From the NCBI GenBank assembly GCA_045586515.1, contig JAZNAM010000025.1, positions 1 to 53,271 of the forward strand: DNA of 53,271 nucleotides. Direction: 5' to 3'. Each line of letters begins with the position of its first letter. Position 1 is the first letter of the stretch. The stretch comes from Eubacteriales bacterium. GTDB taxonomy: Bacteria > Bacillota > Clostridia > Oscillospirales > CAG-272. The notes under the pieces were generated by a model. The model saw only the letters and a list, made by a program, of their open reading frames with translations. It was not told the DNA's origin and made no database searches. The position numbers and the translations under genes are program-made. Below are positions 17,177 to 28,008 of this stretch, piece by piece.

Positions 17177-19165
17177 TTAGTTGTCTTCGCCAAAGTCAGC
17201 GTCAAGTGCGGAGGGGGGAGCAACTTCCTGTGCGTCGGTTGCGTCGTCCTCATCTTCCTCTTTTGCTTCTTCTGCTTGCTTGCGCGCCTCGTTTTCTGCG
17301 CGAGAGCGGGTTTTCTTTTCCTCTGCCATAGCTTCGAGATCTTCCATGGTCGCGTCAGTATCCATGGCGGCAGCAAATTGCTCACCGTCCATGACCTCGT
17401 GACGGAGCAGGTACTCCGCAATAAAGTCGAGCTTCTCGCGGTTTTCGGTTAGCACGCGCTCTGCGGTGGCGTATCCCTCGTCAAGCAGACGCTTGATTTC
17501 GCGGTCGATCAGCGCCGCGGTTTCAGGGGAGTAGTTGGTGCCGCTGGAGAAATCGCGGCCAAGGAACACCTCGCTCTCACCCGTGCCGTACATAACCGGG
17601 CCGAGTGCCTCGGACATGCCAAGCTGGGTGACCATCTTGCGTGCGATGTTGGTGGCACGCTGAATATCGTTGGAGGCGCCGCCGGAAATGTCGCCGAAGA
17701 TCATCTGCTCGGCAACGCGGCCTGCCAGGAGCTCTGCAATATTTTGCTTGAGCTCTTCCTTGTATACGCTGTACTTATCCTCTGCGGGCAAGCTCATGGT
17801 GTAACCAAGTGCACGGCCCGACGGGACGATAGAGATCTGGTGTACGCTGTCCAGGTGGGGAAGCACGTGGCTGACGATTGCGTGGCCTGCCTCGTGGTAG
17901 GCGGTATTCTTGCGCTCGCGCTCGTTCATCACGCGAGAGGTCTTCTTGGGGCCTGCAATAACGCGAATGAATGCGTCGTCAAGATCTTCCATGCCGATGA
18001 GGGACTTACCGCGGCGTGCCGCCAGCAGTGCTGCCTCGTTTAAGAGATTGGCAAGATCTGCACCGGTAAAGCCGGCGGTTTTCTTGGCGACCACCTCAAG
18101 ATCCACACCTTGCTCGAGGGGTTTGTTGCGTGCGTGCACGCGGAGGATTGCCGCGCGGCCCTTGATATCGGGCGCGTCCACCGTGATCTGGCGGTCAAAG
18201 CGACCGGGGCGGAGCAATGCGGGATCAAGGATATCAGGGCGGTTGGTTGCTGCCATCACGATAATGCCATCGTGCGTGCCGAAGCCATCCATTTCGACGA
18301 GCAACTGGTTGAGCGTCTGTTCTCTCTCGTCGTGTCCGCCGCCAAGGCCTGCGCCGCGGTGACGGCCTACGGCGTCGATCTCGTCGATAAAGACAATGCT
18401 GGCAGGGGATTTGCGTGCGGTTTCAAACAGGTCGCGTACACGGGATGCACCGACACCAACGTACATTTCCACGAAATCGGAGCCCGAGATGGAGTAGAAG
18501 GGAACGCCTGCCTCGCCTGCAACGGCTTTGGCAAGCAGCGTTTTACCCGTACCGGGAGGGCCCACGAGCAGAACGCCGTGGGGAATCTTTGCGCCAAGAC
18601 GAGTAAACTTTGCAGGATCTTTGAGAAACTCTACAATTTCTTCCAGCTCCTGTTTTTCCTCGTCTGCACCCGCTACGTCGGCGAAGGTCACGCGATCCTT
18701 GCCGTCGGCGGTGCTCACACGCGCTTTGCCAAAGTTATTGAGCTTCGGGCCTGCACCGCCCGAACGCATCATAACGAACCAGAATACGATGAAGATGATC
18801 AGCATTACTGCACCGGGCAGGAAGTTCACCCAAACAGGGAGCGTTGCCTCGGGTTCGATATCGTAGCTTACGAGGTTGTTGTTTTGCTTGATATACTCGC
18901 CACAGTATTCCTGGAACAGCCCGATGGATTGGAGCTTGTAGGATACCTCGGTGGCACCTGCTGCATCGGGGGCAATCAGCTCAAGCGTGAGGTTGTAGTT
19001 TTTGTCAATGGTGAAGGACGATACGTTGTCTGCCTCAAAGTGTGCAACGACCTGCGACAGGACCGCCTTCTCCTTACTGGTACTGTTGAAGATGAGGGAT
19101 ACTGCTACGATGATCAATGCAATTACGATCAAATATAGCAGTAGCGTTTTGATGTGTTTCTTCAT
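17177..19165 (-). CDS. ftsH: ATP-dependent zinc metalloprotease FtsH
   Basis: [13 protein letters not shown], the SRH motif, and the HEAGHA zinc site. GGGAGGAT RBS before the ATG at 19165. Confidence 0.96.
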   Translation of the reverse strand: MKKHIKTLLLYLIVIALIIVAVSLIFNSTSKEKAVLSQVVAHFEADNVSSFTIDKNYNLTLELIAPDAAGATEVSYKLQSIGLFQEYCGEYIKQNNNLVSYDIEPEATLPVWVNFLPGAVMLIIFIVFWFVMMRSGGAGPKLNNFGKARVSTADGKDRVTFADVAGADEEKQELEEIVEFLKDPAKFTRLGAKIPHGVLLVGPPGTGKTLLAKAVAGEAGVPFYSISGSDFVEMYVGVGASRVRDLFETARKSPASIVFIDEIDAVGRHRGAGLGGGHDEREQTLNQLLVEMDGFGTHDGIIVMAATNRPDILDPALLRPGRFDRQITVDAPDIKGRAAILRVHARNKPLEQGVDLEVVAKKTAGFTGADLANLLNEAALLAARRGKSLIGMEDLDDAFIRVIAGPKKTSRVMNERERKNTAYHEAGHAIVSHVLPHLDSVHQISIVPSGRALGYTMSLPAEDKYSVYKEELKQNIAELLAGRVAEQMIFGDISGGASNDIQRATNIARKMVTQLGMSEALGPVMYGTGESEVFLGRDFSSGTNYSPETAALIDREIKRLLDEGYATAERVLTENREKLDFIAEYLLRHEVMDGEQFAAAMDTDATMEDLEAMAEEKKTRSRAENEARKQAEEAKEEDEDDATDAQEVAPPSALDADFGEDN

Positions 19166-19292
19166 TGGATCCTCCCATGGGGGTAATAGTATGTGCAACC
19201 ATGCGGTTGCCTATTTCCGTTTGCCATAGCAGGCCTATGGGCAATCGGTCATATTCATATAGTGATATTTATTCGGCGTGCGCTCGTCCACA

Positions 19293-20636
19293 TTACTCAA
19301 AATAAAGCAGAAGCGTCGTATCGCGCGGCGCGGTAGCGCCATCACGTACGGGACCGTTAGGAATGGCGACAACACCTTGTGCGTCAAAGAGCAAAGGCAT
19401 GCGCTTGCGCACAGCGAGGGGGTAGCGCGACATGCAGGGGAGTTTTCGCACAAGCTTGTGGTTGCCGCCCGATGCGATGCGCTCTCCAACGCCGCGGGGA
19501 CGCAGTATGAGCGCGCCTTCCGTAGCAGCCATTGAAAAACGGATGCGTGCGGTGTAGGGATACACGCGCGCAAGCGTTTGGTCTACCGTTGCTTCGCCGT
19601 GTGTGAGCACGGCGATGCCGTAAGGAAACGAGTGTATGCCTGCTTGAAGTGAGATCTCATAAGGGATCAGCTCGCGCGGCGGTGTTTCCTCAATGCAAAG
19701 GTATCCGTTCTCAATACGAACGGTGGTGCCCGGCAGTGAGAGGGCGGCGTGTGGCTTGGCTTCTCGCACCAACGCCCTAAGCGCTTCAATGTGTGTTGCC
19801 TCGGGCGGTGCGGGGAGCAGGGATTGCATCACGCGCGCAAAAATAGGGGTAGGAAGCGCGGATAGCGCCGTGCAGGACGGCGTGCGCCCCTCTTGTTTGA
19901 TAAAATCGCTTGCAAGAGAGCCCAGATACGCCTCGTCCTCGGCAAGCGTAGCTGCGCAACGTGCCGCGCAGTGGGCGGCATTCGGCCAAAGCTCGCGCAA
20001 AACGGGAATCACGTCTAGGCGTAGGCGGTTGCGTGCGCAACAGGGCTCGTTGTTTGTGCTGTCGGTAACGAAAGGGAGAGATGCCTGCTTGCAATACGCA
20101 AGAATATCCTCCTTAGATACGCGAAGTAGCGGTCGCACCACAGTAGAGGTACCGAGCGTACGGCAAGCGGGAATTCCGCAAAGCCCGCGCAAACCTGCGC
20201 CGCGGAGCAGATGTTGTAGCATCGTTTCCAGTTGATCGTCGGCGTGATGCGCCGTGGCGAGCAAAGAAATGTTGCTTTCATGCAAAAAAGCGTCGATTGC
20301 TGTGTATCTGGCAGTGCGAGCTGCTGTTTCCAAACTCTCGCCCGTCTTTTCTACAAGCGCGGGAACGTCTACGCGCAAAAGCGTGAAGGGAACACCGAGC
20401 GTGGCACACAGTTGTGCGCAAAAATCCGCGTCGCGGTCGGCTTCTTCCCCGCGTATACCGTGATGCACGTGAACGGCGTGTAACTTGTGCGCGGTGCTAT
20501 TGTGTAGCATATGAAGCAATGCTACGGAATCGGCACCGCCCGAAAGTGCAACCGCCAGCGCTGTGTTTTCGGCTACGCCTGCAAGCGCGTGTGGGGCGCA
20601 AAAGCCGGCGGGCGGCTTGAATGCAATGGGCGTCAT
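19293..20636 (-). CDS. tilS: tRNA(Ile)-lysidine synthase
   Basis: VALSGGADSVALLH PP-loop. 447 aa; the start overlaps the dnaB stop (ATGA). Confidence 0.9.
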   Translation of the reverse strand: MTPIAFKPPAGFCAPHALAGVAENTALAVALSGGADSVALLHMLHNSTAHKLHAVHVHHGIRGEEADRDADFCAQLCATLGVPFTLLRVDVPALVEKTGESLETAARTARYTAIDAFLHESNISLLATAHHADDQLETMLQHLLRGAGLRGLCGIPACRTLGTSTVVRPLLRVSKEDILAYCKQASLPFVTDSTNNEPCCARNRLRLDVIPVLRELWPNAAHCAARCAATLAEDEAYLGSLASDFIKQEGRTPSCTALSALPTPIFARVMQSLLPAPPEATHIEALRALVREAKPHAALSLPGTTVRIENGYLCIEETPPRELIPYEISLQAGIHSFPYGIAVLTHGEATVDQTLARVYPYTARIRFSMAATEGALILRPRGVGERIASGGNHKLVRKLPCMSRYPLAVRKRMPLLFDAQGVVAIPNGPVRDGATAPRDTTLLLYFE

Positions 20637-22000
20637 TCTCGCGTGTCGTCCCTGGTGAGGAACTTGGTGTAAGAGCCGATCCAGCCCATTTTCACGTTGC
20701 CCGTGGAGCCGTGGCGGTTCTTTTGAATGATGACCTCTGCCTCGTTGTCCTCTTGTCCATCTGCAGAACGGTCGGTTTTGTAGTATTCGTCGCGATACAG
20801 GAACATAACCACGTCTGCGTCCTGCTCGATTGCACCCGAGTCACGCAAGTCGGACAGTTGGGGGCGCTTGTCCGTTCTGCTCTCGGGACCACGCGAAAGC
20901 TGTGCACAGCACAGAACGGGCACGCGCAGATCTTTTGCCATGAGCTTGAGGCCGCGTGAAATATCGCCGACTTCGAGGGCGCGGTTGTCCGAGCGACGCT
21001 CGCTCTCCATAAGTTGGAGATAGTCGATGGCGACAAGACCGAGGTTTTCCACACGGCGGAGCTTGGACTTCATCGCGGTGACGGTCATGCCGGAAGTGTC
21101 ATCAATGAGGATGTTGGTTGCAGACAGGCGCGCCGCCGCGTTGGCGATTTTGCGCCAGTCGTCGGGGGTGAGCTGACCCGAGCGTAGGGAGCGGCTGTTG
21201 ACCATTGCCTCACTGGAAATCATACGAGAAACAAGTTGCTCGGCAGACATTTCGAGCGAGAAAATACATACGGTCTTTTTGGTGGAGATCGCTACGTTAG
21301 AAGCGATGTTAAGCGTAAAAGAGGTTTTACCCATACCGGGACGTGCGCCGATCAAAATCAGGTCCGAGTCACCCATGCCCACAAGGATGCGGTCAAGCCC
21401 GGAGAAGCCCGTGGGCGTTCCCTGTGTGCCGCCGTCGCCGTCTGCAAGGTTGTGAAGATCCTCCATAACGTTACGAAGTACGTCACGGATATGGCGGAAA
21501 TTGCGCGAGTCGCGCCCTGCGGAAATGTCGTTGAGTTGACCCTGTGCGTAGTCAAGAATGTGGGGGACCGCCTCTTGCTCCGCATAGGTCATATCGGATA
21601 CTTCCGCACAGACCGTGATGATCTGGCGGCGCGTGCTTTCTTCCTTGACAATGCGTGCATAGTCTTTTACGTTTTGCGCACTGGGGGTCGCGTCGAGCAG
21701 AGATCGGATATAGTCCTCTCCGCCGGATTTTTCATATACACCCTTGTGCACGAGTGTGTCGATCAGCGTGACCACGTCGATCTCGCGGCTGGCATCAAAC
21801 AGTTCGCGCATCGCAAGGAAGATCTGTTTGTGCTCCGCTACGTAGAAGTCGTCGGCGCCAATGATCGTGAGAACCTCGGTGATAGAGGCGGCGTCAATCA
21901 GGATCGAGCCAAGCAATGCGCGCTCGGATACGATTGAGGCGGGCATTTTACGGACAAGGTCGCCCTCGCCGCGCCAATATTCGTTATGCAGGTCTGCCAT
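20633..22000 (-). CDS. dnaB: replicative DNA helicase
   Basis: MPASIVSERALLGSILID..GARPGMGKTSF..IDYLQLM. Confidence 0.96.
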   Translation of the reverse strand: MADLHNEYWRGEGDLVRKMPASIVSERALLGSILIDAASITEVLTIIGADDFYVAEHKQIFLAMRELFDASREIDVVTLIDTLVHKGVYEKSGGEDYIRSLLDATPSAQNVKDYARIVKEESTRRQIITVCAEVSDMTYAEQEAVPHILDYAQGQLNDISAGRDSRNFRHIRDVLRNVMEDLHNLADGDGGTQGTPTGFSGLDRILVGMGDSDLILIGARPGMGKTSFTLNIASNVAISTKKTVCIFSLEMSAEQLVSRMISSEAMVNSRSLRSGQLTPDDWRKIANAAARLSATNILIDDTSGMTVTAMKSKLRRVENLGLVAIDYLQLMESERRSDNRALEVGDISRGLKLMAKDLRVPVLCCAQLSRGPESRTDKRPQLSDLRDSGAIEQDADVVMFLYRDEYYKTDRSADGQEDNEAEVIIQKNRHGSTGNVKMGWIGSYTKFLTRDDTRE

Positions 22001-22003
22001 GGC

Positions 22004-22450
22004 TCATTTTTGGGTGACGATCAGGCGGATCTTGCCCGAAACGTCGGTGTAAAGGCGAACGTCTACCTCATAGCTACCGTATGCCTTGATCGGTTCTGTC
22101 ATAGTGATCTTGCGCTTGTCCACGGTGATGCCGTGGTCTGCGGCAAGCTTTTCTGCGATGTCCTTGGAGGTGATAGCACCGTACAGGCGACCGTCCTCGG
22201 AAGCACCTACACGGAACAACAACTGGAAGGTCGTTAGTTTTTCCGAGATGGCCTTGGCGTTGGCTCTGTCGGTGTCGATTTTGTGTTGTGCGGCGGCCTG
22301 CTTGTTACGCAGTTCGGTTACGGCTTGATTATCTGCGGGCTTTGCCAGCTTACGCGGGAGCAGGAAGTTGCGTGCGTAGCCGTCAGAAACCTCAACGAGC
22401 TGATCTTTTTTTCCCTGACCCTTTACGTCAGCGAGGAGAATTACTTTCAT
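22004..22450 (-). CDS. rplI: 50S ribosomal protein L9
   Basis: [32 protein letters not shown]. Confidence 0.96.
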   Translation of the reverse strand: MKVILLADVKGQGKKDQLVEVSDGYARNFLLPRKLAKPADNQAVTELRNKQAAAQHKIDTDRANAKAISEKLTTFQLLFRVGASEDGRLYGAITSKDIAEKLAADHGITVDKRKITMTEPIKAYGSYEVDVRLYTDVSGKIRLIVTQK

Positions 22451-22470
22451 GTCTTAGTCCTTTCTTGTGG

Positions 22471-24663
22471 TCAATGAGTGGTGTTGGTATGCTTGGAGTC
22501 CTCCATGTCCTGGAAGTAGGCGTCGATCGCCGCTTCCAGGTCATCAATGGCAAGCTCCAACGTGGTGTCCCTCAGCGCGGCACCTGCGGAATCGAAGCGT
22601 CCGCCACCGCCAAGGCGTTCAAGGATCAGCTGCACGTTGACCGAGCCGTCGGAACGACCCGAAATGTGAATTACATCTTCGATTTGTACGAGCGCGAACG
22701 ATGCATGTACGCCGCGCACCGCGAGCAAGCGGTCGGATTCTTTTGCGGCAGCGGTTCTGTCATCCGCGCCACGACCTGTGCCGTGGCTCCAGGTAAGACC
22801 CACGCTGTTGTTTTGCAGGAAGCGGCAACCCGCAAAACTGCGTTCGCACACATAGTCCTCGTAGTTTTGGTTAAAGAAGGTCTGTACGTGTTCGGCGTTT
22901 GCACCCTTGCCGTACAGGTAGCGGGCGGCGTCCATGGTGCGCGTGCCCGTGTTGCGCGTAAAGCCTACGGTGTCAAGCATAATGCCGGAGAGCATCACGC
23001 TGGCAACCTCGTCGCCCAGTACGCGCGCGATCTCGTTTTCCGAACCTGTCTCACACTGCTCCAGCATTTCGCTGACCAGCTCGCAGGTGGAGGAAGCGCT
23101 CGAATCAATATGGCTGATAACGGGGTCGAAATCATACTCACCCGTCTTGGAATGGTGGTCGATGATGGCAATTTTGCCGGACACCTCGCGCACACTGTCG
23201 GCGAGTTCGGGGGCTTCAATGATTTTGAAATTGTTGGCGTCCGCGATGATGAGCAATGTGTCGGGGCGAATGAGATCCATTGCCTTGCTCGCCGGGATGA
23301 ACATATTGGCGTAGGCGGGTGAGGACATCAAGCGCTGTGTGACGGTGCGGAAATTGGTGTTGTCAAGATCGGAAATAATTTTGGTGGGCACGTTTGCAAA
23401 CAGGCCGAATTGCGCAAGACCGATGCATGCACCAATGGAGTCGAAGTCGGGGTTGCGGTGACCCATGATGAGTAGATTGTCTGCCTCGGAAATCTTGGAG
23501 AGCAGGAAATTGGCGACCACGCGCGATTGCACGCGATTACGCTTGCGGAAAGGACGCGTTTCGCCGCCATAGTAGCGGATACCGTCCTTGCGGCGTACTG
23601 CGACTTGGTCGCCGCCGCGTTGCAGTGCCATGTCCAGTGCGCTTTCTGCATCTGCTGCGCGCTCTGCCATGGAGCTGTCGGCAAGCGAGATACCGACCGA
23701 GAGAGTAACGGGAATGCTGTATTCACCAAGGCGAATGTTTCGCACACCGCCAAGGAGCTTGCTGAACTTGTCATTCTCGCATTCGCGAAGTTTCTCCTGT
23801 GAAAAGAGCATGATATAACGGTCACGCTCGTACTCGCGTAGCAAGCCGCCCATCTCTGTTGCCCAGCGAATCAAAATGTCGTCCACGCGGCGCGAAGCGT
23901 CGCGGTAGCTGACGCGCGTATACTGTGCCAGCTCCTCGAGGTTGTCTACGTCAATATAGGCAACGGCGGGCATGTCGCGTTCGGTCTTCTCCTTGAGATT
24001 AAGGAGTTCCGTCACGTCGCTGAACACGACCAGATAGCTTGTTTTCTTATCTAAATGCACTTCGTAGGCACGTGCTACGTAGCGGCCTGCGGTGGCAAGG
24101 CGCACTACGACGCCACCCTGCGCGGCGCGAAAGTCCGCCTCGGGGGGCTTGCTGGCGACCTCGCGCTCAATGGCCAGAGCCTGCTCGGCATAGGTGCTTA
24201 CGTCGTTGCTATGCTCCTTGTGGGTGCCTGCCGCGATGATGTCCGAGAGGGGAACGTTGCCGCACAGTTCGGAGATGTTGCCGCGGTAAAAGGGCTCACG
24301 CGAGCCGATAAGACGTTGCAACGACTCGTTGATGGCACGCACGCGTCCGCTCTCGTCCACGATGGCGTAAGGAACGTCCACCATGTACTTGAACACGTTG
24401 TGCATCTTGTGGTTGAGCGATTCGTTCATGCTCTGCTCGTTACGGCTCATGTAACGCTTGATGCGGAACAGCGCGTAAACAGTCAAAGAGAGTAGCAGAT
24501 AGCACAGCAGGAAGAGAATGGGCGTAAACGCTCCCAAAGCATTCTCCGGGAAAAAGTGCTCCACGGCGACGTATGCGCCGAAGAAAACGAAGCCGAGTGC
24601 TATACAGATGAGAAGCGGAATGCTTGAATCGGAGCGGTTAAAGCGATCAAACTGTTTTGGCAT
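22471..24663 (-). CDS. gdpP: cyclic-di-AMP phosphodiesterase GdpP (2 TM, PAS-like, degenerate GGDEF, DHH/DHHA1)
   Basis: LIMGHRNPDFDSIGA (DHH), the DHHA1 GGGH-like GGGGRFDSAGA, and conserved yybS-gdpP-rplI-dnaB synteny. Confidence 0.9.
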   Translation of the reverse strand: MPKQFDRFNRSDSSIPLLICIALGFVFFGAYVAVEHFFPENALGAFTPILFLLCYLLLSLTVYALFRIKRYMSRNEQSMNESLNHKMHNVFKYMVDVPYAIVDESGRVRAINESLQRLIGSREPFYRGNISELCGNVPLSDIIAAGTHKEHSNDVSTYAEQALAIEREVASKPPEADFRAAQGGVVVRLATAGRYVARAYEVHLDKKTSYLVVFSDVTELLNLKEKTERDMPAVAYIDVDNLEELAQYTRVSYRDASRRVDDILIRWATEMGGLLREYERDRYIMLFSQEKLRECENDKFSKLLGGVRNIRLGEYSIPVTLSVGISLADSSMAERAADAESALDMALQRGGDQVAVRRKDGIRYYGGETRPFRKRNRVQSRVVANFLLSKISEADNLLIMGHRNPDFDSIGACIGLAQFGLFANVPTKIISDLDNTNFRTVTQRLMSSPAYANMFIPASKAMDLIRPDTLLIIADANNFKIIEAPELADSVREVSGKIAIIDHHSKTGEYDFDPVISHIDSSASSTCELVSEMLEQCETGSENEIARVLGDEVASVMLSGIMLDTVGFTRNTGTRTMDAARYLYGKGANAEHVQTFFNQNYEDYVCERSFAGCRFLQNNSVGLTWSHGTGRGADDRTAAAKESDRLLAVRGVHASFALVQIEDVIHISGRSDGSVNVQLILERLGGGGRFDSAGAALRDTTLELAIDDLEAAIDAYFQDMEDSKHTNTTH

Positions 24664-25880
24664 TATGATTCTCCTTTGTTATAGGGTGGCATAAAGCGGG
24701 AAAGCAGGGTGTGGAAAGCGCCGACAAAGGCGGCGAGTGAAAGGCCGAGTACCAGATTTTGCATCAGCAAGAAGACGATGCCGATGGCGAGTAGAAAGGA
24801 CAAGCAAGAGCGTCCTTTTCGCGGGTCTATCAACGAGGTAAAGCCAACGAGTGCGAGTGCGGGGGTAAGCACGATGGAAATATTGAAGCACACCAGTGCA
24901 AACAGTGTGTCACCCGAGAGCAGGTAAAGCACGTAGGTAACGAGAAACAGTCCTGCCGCAATGGCGGAGATGGTCAGGGTGGAAAGACGCGTTGCTACCT
25001 TGGGGATTGTGCCAAAGGAGGTAAGCATGCGCACGAGCATACGCCACATACCGAAGCCCGCTGTGAGGCAAAGTGCCGCGAAAAGACCGGGCAAAATATT
25101 GGAAAGCGTGTCGGCGTATGCATTAACGAGATACGGGGAGGGGTTTAACACCTCGCCCATTGCAGCGTAAAGTTGCACACTCTCGCCGAGCGCAGCTTGC
25201 TCGCTTTCGTAAAGCGTAGCAAGGGCGTCAAAATACGCGGAAAAGCTTGCGCGCACGAAATCAACCAGCCCCTCAAACAGCCCTCTCTCGGGGAATCCGA
25301 AGGTGGCAAGCGCGATGAGAATTGCGACAACGGCAAGGCAAGCAACCGTCACTGCAATGAGAATGACAGAGGGGGTGAGAGGCTTGCAGACCAGCACACA
25401 ATAAGCAAGCACGACGGCAAGTGCGGCGGGAACCAGCGCGCCGAGTGCCGGCAACGGATTCCCGATCATAAGCGTGGGTAATACGTAAGCCGCTATGGGC
25501 AGAAGGAGAAGGGGGATGCGCTTTTTTGCGGTGCGGCAATGCACGAGCAGAAATGCACCCGAAACGGCACCCATCAGGATTGCCGTATAAATTGTGGGAA
25601 TTATCAGCGGGGTGGGGAACAGGAGATAGCACACAAAGAAGGAAAGCACTGCGGGTAAAGCGACGGCAAGCACCGCGACCAGCGAGTGAGAAATGACGAA
25701 ATAGGCAATCGCGGCGGTGACCAAATAGATTGTCGCAACGGTGTTAATGTGCGAGAGGGGAATGACGAGCGCCGAAAACAGAAAGAGTGCGGCGGCGACG
25801 CCAAGCTGCGAGGGCGACGCGGGCGAGAGCATTTCTTGCCACTCGGTGCGTTGGGTTTTGGTAAGGGGTGCAAACTGCAT
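24663..25880 (-). CDS. yybS: YybS-family (DUF2232) integral membrane protein
   Basis: 405-aa polytopic membrane protein directly upstream of gdpP, with a 1-nt stop/start overlap (TAATG). Confidence 0.8.
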   Translation of the reverse strand: MQFAPLTKTQRTEWQEMLSPASPSQLGVAAALFLFSALVIPLSHINTVATIYLVTAAIAYFVISHSLVAVLAVALPAVLSFFVCYLLFPTPLIIPTIYTAILMGAVSGAFLLVHCRTAKKRIPLLLLPIAAYVLPTLMIGNPLPALGALVPAALAVVLAYCVLVCKPLTPSVILIAVTVACLAVVAILIALATFGFPERGLFEGLVDFVRASFSAYFDALATLYESEQAALGESVQLYAAMGEVLNPSPYLVNAYADTLSNILPGLFAALCLTAGFGMWRMLVRMLTSFGTIPKVATRLSTLTISAIAAGLFLVTYVLYLLSGDTLFALVCFNISIVLTPALALVGFTSLIDPRKGRSCLSFLLAIGIVFLLMQNLVLGLSLAAFVGAFHTLLSRFMPPYNKGES

Positions 25881-26065
25881 GACGGTCCTCCTTCTTTCGG
25901 CGTTGGGGTGCGAACTTATAATATTCTAATTTAATATTATAACACTAATTATGGATGTTGTAAACCTGTTTAGTGATAGTTTTGTGAAAAAATACGTTTT
26001 GTGCGCTTGTTTGTTGCATGAGCCGGGCAAAATTTACAAAAAAATAAAAAAATTCGCAATTCCTC

Positions 26066-26094
26066 TTGCAATACGCGTGTAAGTGTGGTATACT
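26066..26094 (+). promoter_or_regulatory. sigma-A-type promoter of the rimP-nusA-infB operon
   Basis: TTGCAA, a 17-nt spacer, then TGgTATACT. Confidence 0.65.
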
Positions 26095-26116
26095 ACTCGT
26101 AGTATGAAGATCGGAC

Positions 26117-26150
26117 GGAGCAGGTTGAAAGACCTGCTCCTCTTGTTTCT
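26117..26150 (+). promoter_or_regulatory. leader hairpin with interrupted U-tract (candidate attenuator)
   Basis: GGAGCAGGT-TGAAAG-ACCTGCTCC followed by TCTTGTTTCT, lying between the promoter and the rimP RBS. Confidence 0.5.
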
Positions 26151-26168
26151 CGGAAAAGGGAGGATCAT

Positions 26169-26633
26169 ATGGCAGGAGTTAGAAACGTTGTCGCACTCGT
26201 CACCGAAGGTATTTCCCCTGTTGCGGCAGAGCTTGGATACATGCTTTGGGACGTAGAATACGTAAAAGAGGGCGCGCGCCGCATTTTGCGCGTGACCATT
26301 GATAGCGACGAGGGCATCACCATTGAAGACTGCGAGCGTATGCACCGTGCCATTGACCCCGTTCTGGATGAGATTGACCCCATTGAAGATGCATATGATT
26401 TGGAGGTTAGCTCTCCCGGAATCGAGCGTGATCTTCGCACGGATGCGCATATCGACGCGTGTGTCGGAGAGGACGTTGAGGTGCGTTTTTTCGCACCGTT
26501 CGAGGGGCAAAAGAGTGTAAAGGGCGTTCTTGCAGGGCGAGATGGGGAAGAAGTTCTCGTCGATATGAACGGCGAAGTGAAGCGTCTGCCTCGCGCCGTA
26601 ATCGCCAAAATGCACACCGTTTTTGAGTTTTGA
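26169..26633 (+). CDS. rimP: ribosome maturation factor RimP
   Basis: ELGYMLWDVEYVKEGARRILRVTID..LEVSSPGIERDL. Confidence 0.93.
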   Translation: MAGVRNVVALVTEGISPVAAELGYMLWDVEYVKEGARRILRVTIDSDEGITIEDCERMHRAIDPVLDEIDPIEDAYDLEVSSPGIERDLRTDAHIDACVGEDVEVRFFAPFEGQKSVKGVLAGRDGEEVLVDMNGEVKRLPRAVIAKMHTVFEF

Positions 26634-26671
26634 AACAATAAGAACACACATAGATACGAAAGGATCGAACC

Positions 26672-27715
26672 ATGAGTACGAAAAGCAACAAGGAGTCCCT
26701 GGTAAACGCGCTTGACCTTCTTGAAAAGGAGAAGGGCGTTCCCAAGACGTATATGCTGGAGAAGATCGAGGCGGCACTCGTGTCTGCCTACCATAAAGAG
26801 TATGGCGCAAACGCGCGCGTACGCATCGTGCTTGACCTTGAAAAAGATGACATCAAGGTGTACAAGCAGATGACCGTGGTAGAAACAGTGAAGAATAAAA
26901 AAAACAAGATTACCCTCGATGACGCGAAGAAACACTCCAAGCGCTATAAGCTGGGTCAGGAGATCGAGATCAGGGTCAAGCCCGAGCATTTCCGTCGTCT
27001 GAGCGCCGCTGCCGCAAAGTCTGTTATTATTCAAAGCATTCGCGAGGGCTCTCGCCGCGTGATGCAGGAGGCGTACGAGAACCAGCGCGATGAGATCATC
27101 ACCGCAACAGTTAATAAGATCGACCCTGTCAACGGGAATGTCGTGCTTGATACCGGCACAGGTCGTGCCGTTCTGCTCAAGAGCGAACAGATTCCCGGCG
27201 AGGAGTTCTACGTGGACGATCGCGTCAAGGTGTTCGTGATGGAAGTTAACAAGGAGGCGCGCGGCCCGCAGGTCACGCTTTCCCGTTGCCATCCCGGTCT
27301 TGTGCGTCGTCTGTTCGAGCTTGAGGTCCCTGAGGTGAGCGATGGCGTTGTAGTGATCAAGGGTGTATCCCGCGAGGCGGGCGTGCGCAGCAAAGTTGCC
27401 GTTGCCAGCCGTGATGCCGACGTGGATCCCGTAGGCGCTTGTATCGGTAACCGCGGTATGCGTATCAACGGTATCGTGGATGAGCTGCGTGGCGAGAAGA
27501 TCGATGTGATTCCTTACAGCGAGCAGCCCGAGGAGTTCATCGCCGCAGCACTTGCCCCCGCACGCGTTCTTATGGTTGAGATCGTGGGCGAGCGCTCTTG
27601 CCGTGTGCTGGTTGAGCCCGATCAGCTCTCTCTTGCCATCGGTCGTGAGGGACTTAACGCGCGTTTGGCTGCCCGTTTGACGGGTTACAAGATCGACATC
27701 AAGTCGGAATATTAA
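26672..27715 (+). CDS. nusA: transcription termination/antitermination factor NusA
   Basis: N-terminal domain, S1 domain and KH1/KH2 domains (..CIGNRGMRINGIVDEL..AIGREGLNARLAARLTGYKIDIK). Confidence 0.96.
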   Translation: MSTKSNKESLVNALDLLEKEKGVPKTYMLEKIEAALVSAYHKEYGANARVRIVLDLEKDDIKVYKQMTVVETVKNKKNKITLDDAKKHSKRYKLGQEIEIRVKPEHFRRLSAAAAKSVIIQSIREGSRRVMQEAYENQRDEIITATVNKIDPVNGNVVLDTGTGRAVLLKSEQIPGEEFYVDDRVKVFVMEVNKEARGPQVTLSRCHPGLVRRLFELEVPEVSDGVVVIKGVSREAGVRSKVAVASRDADVDPVGACIGNRGMRINGIVDELRGEKIDVIPYSEQPEEFIAAALAPARVLMVEIVGERSCRVLVEPDQLSLAIGREGLNARLAARLTGYKIDIKSEY

Positions 27716-27716
27716 G

Positions 27717-27992
27717 ATGGAGCAAAAAAAGAGAAAAAACCCTGAGCGTCAGTGTTTGGGATGCAATCAGCATTTTCCGAAAGCTGAGCTTTTGCGGGTG
27801 GTGCGCGATCCAAACGGTAACGTTTCCCTTGACTTTACGGGAAAGAAATCCGGACGCGGCGCATATATTTGTAAGAATGTAGCGTGCCTTTCCAAGGCGC
27901 AAAAGTCCAGACGACTCTCGCGCAATCTCGACTGTGAGATTCCCGAGGACGTGTATCTGGCAATGGAGGCGGAACTTGGATCGGCCAAATGA
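27717..27992 (+). CDS. ylxR: YlxR/RnpM-family (DUF448) RNA-binding protein
   Basis: ERQCLGCNQHFPKAELLRVV..GRGAYIC. Confidence 0.9.
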   Translation: MEQKKRKNPERQCLGCNQHFPKAELLRVVRDPNGNVSLDFTGKKSGRGAYICKNVACLSKAQKSRRLSRNLDCEIPEDVYLAMEAELGSAK

Positions 27993-28008
27993 CGCGACGC
28001 AAAGGGCG

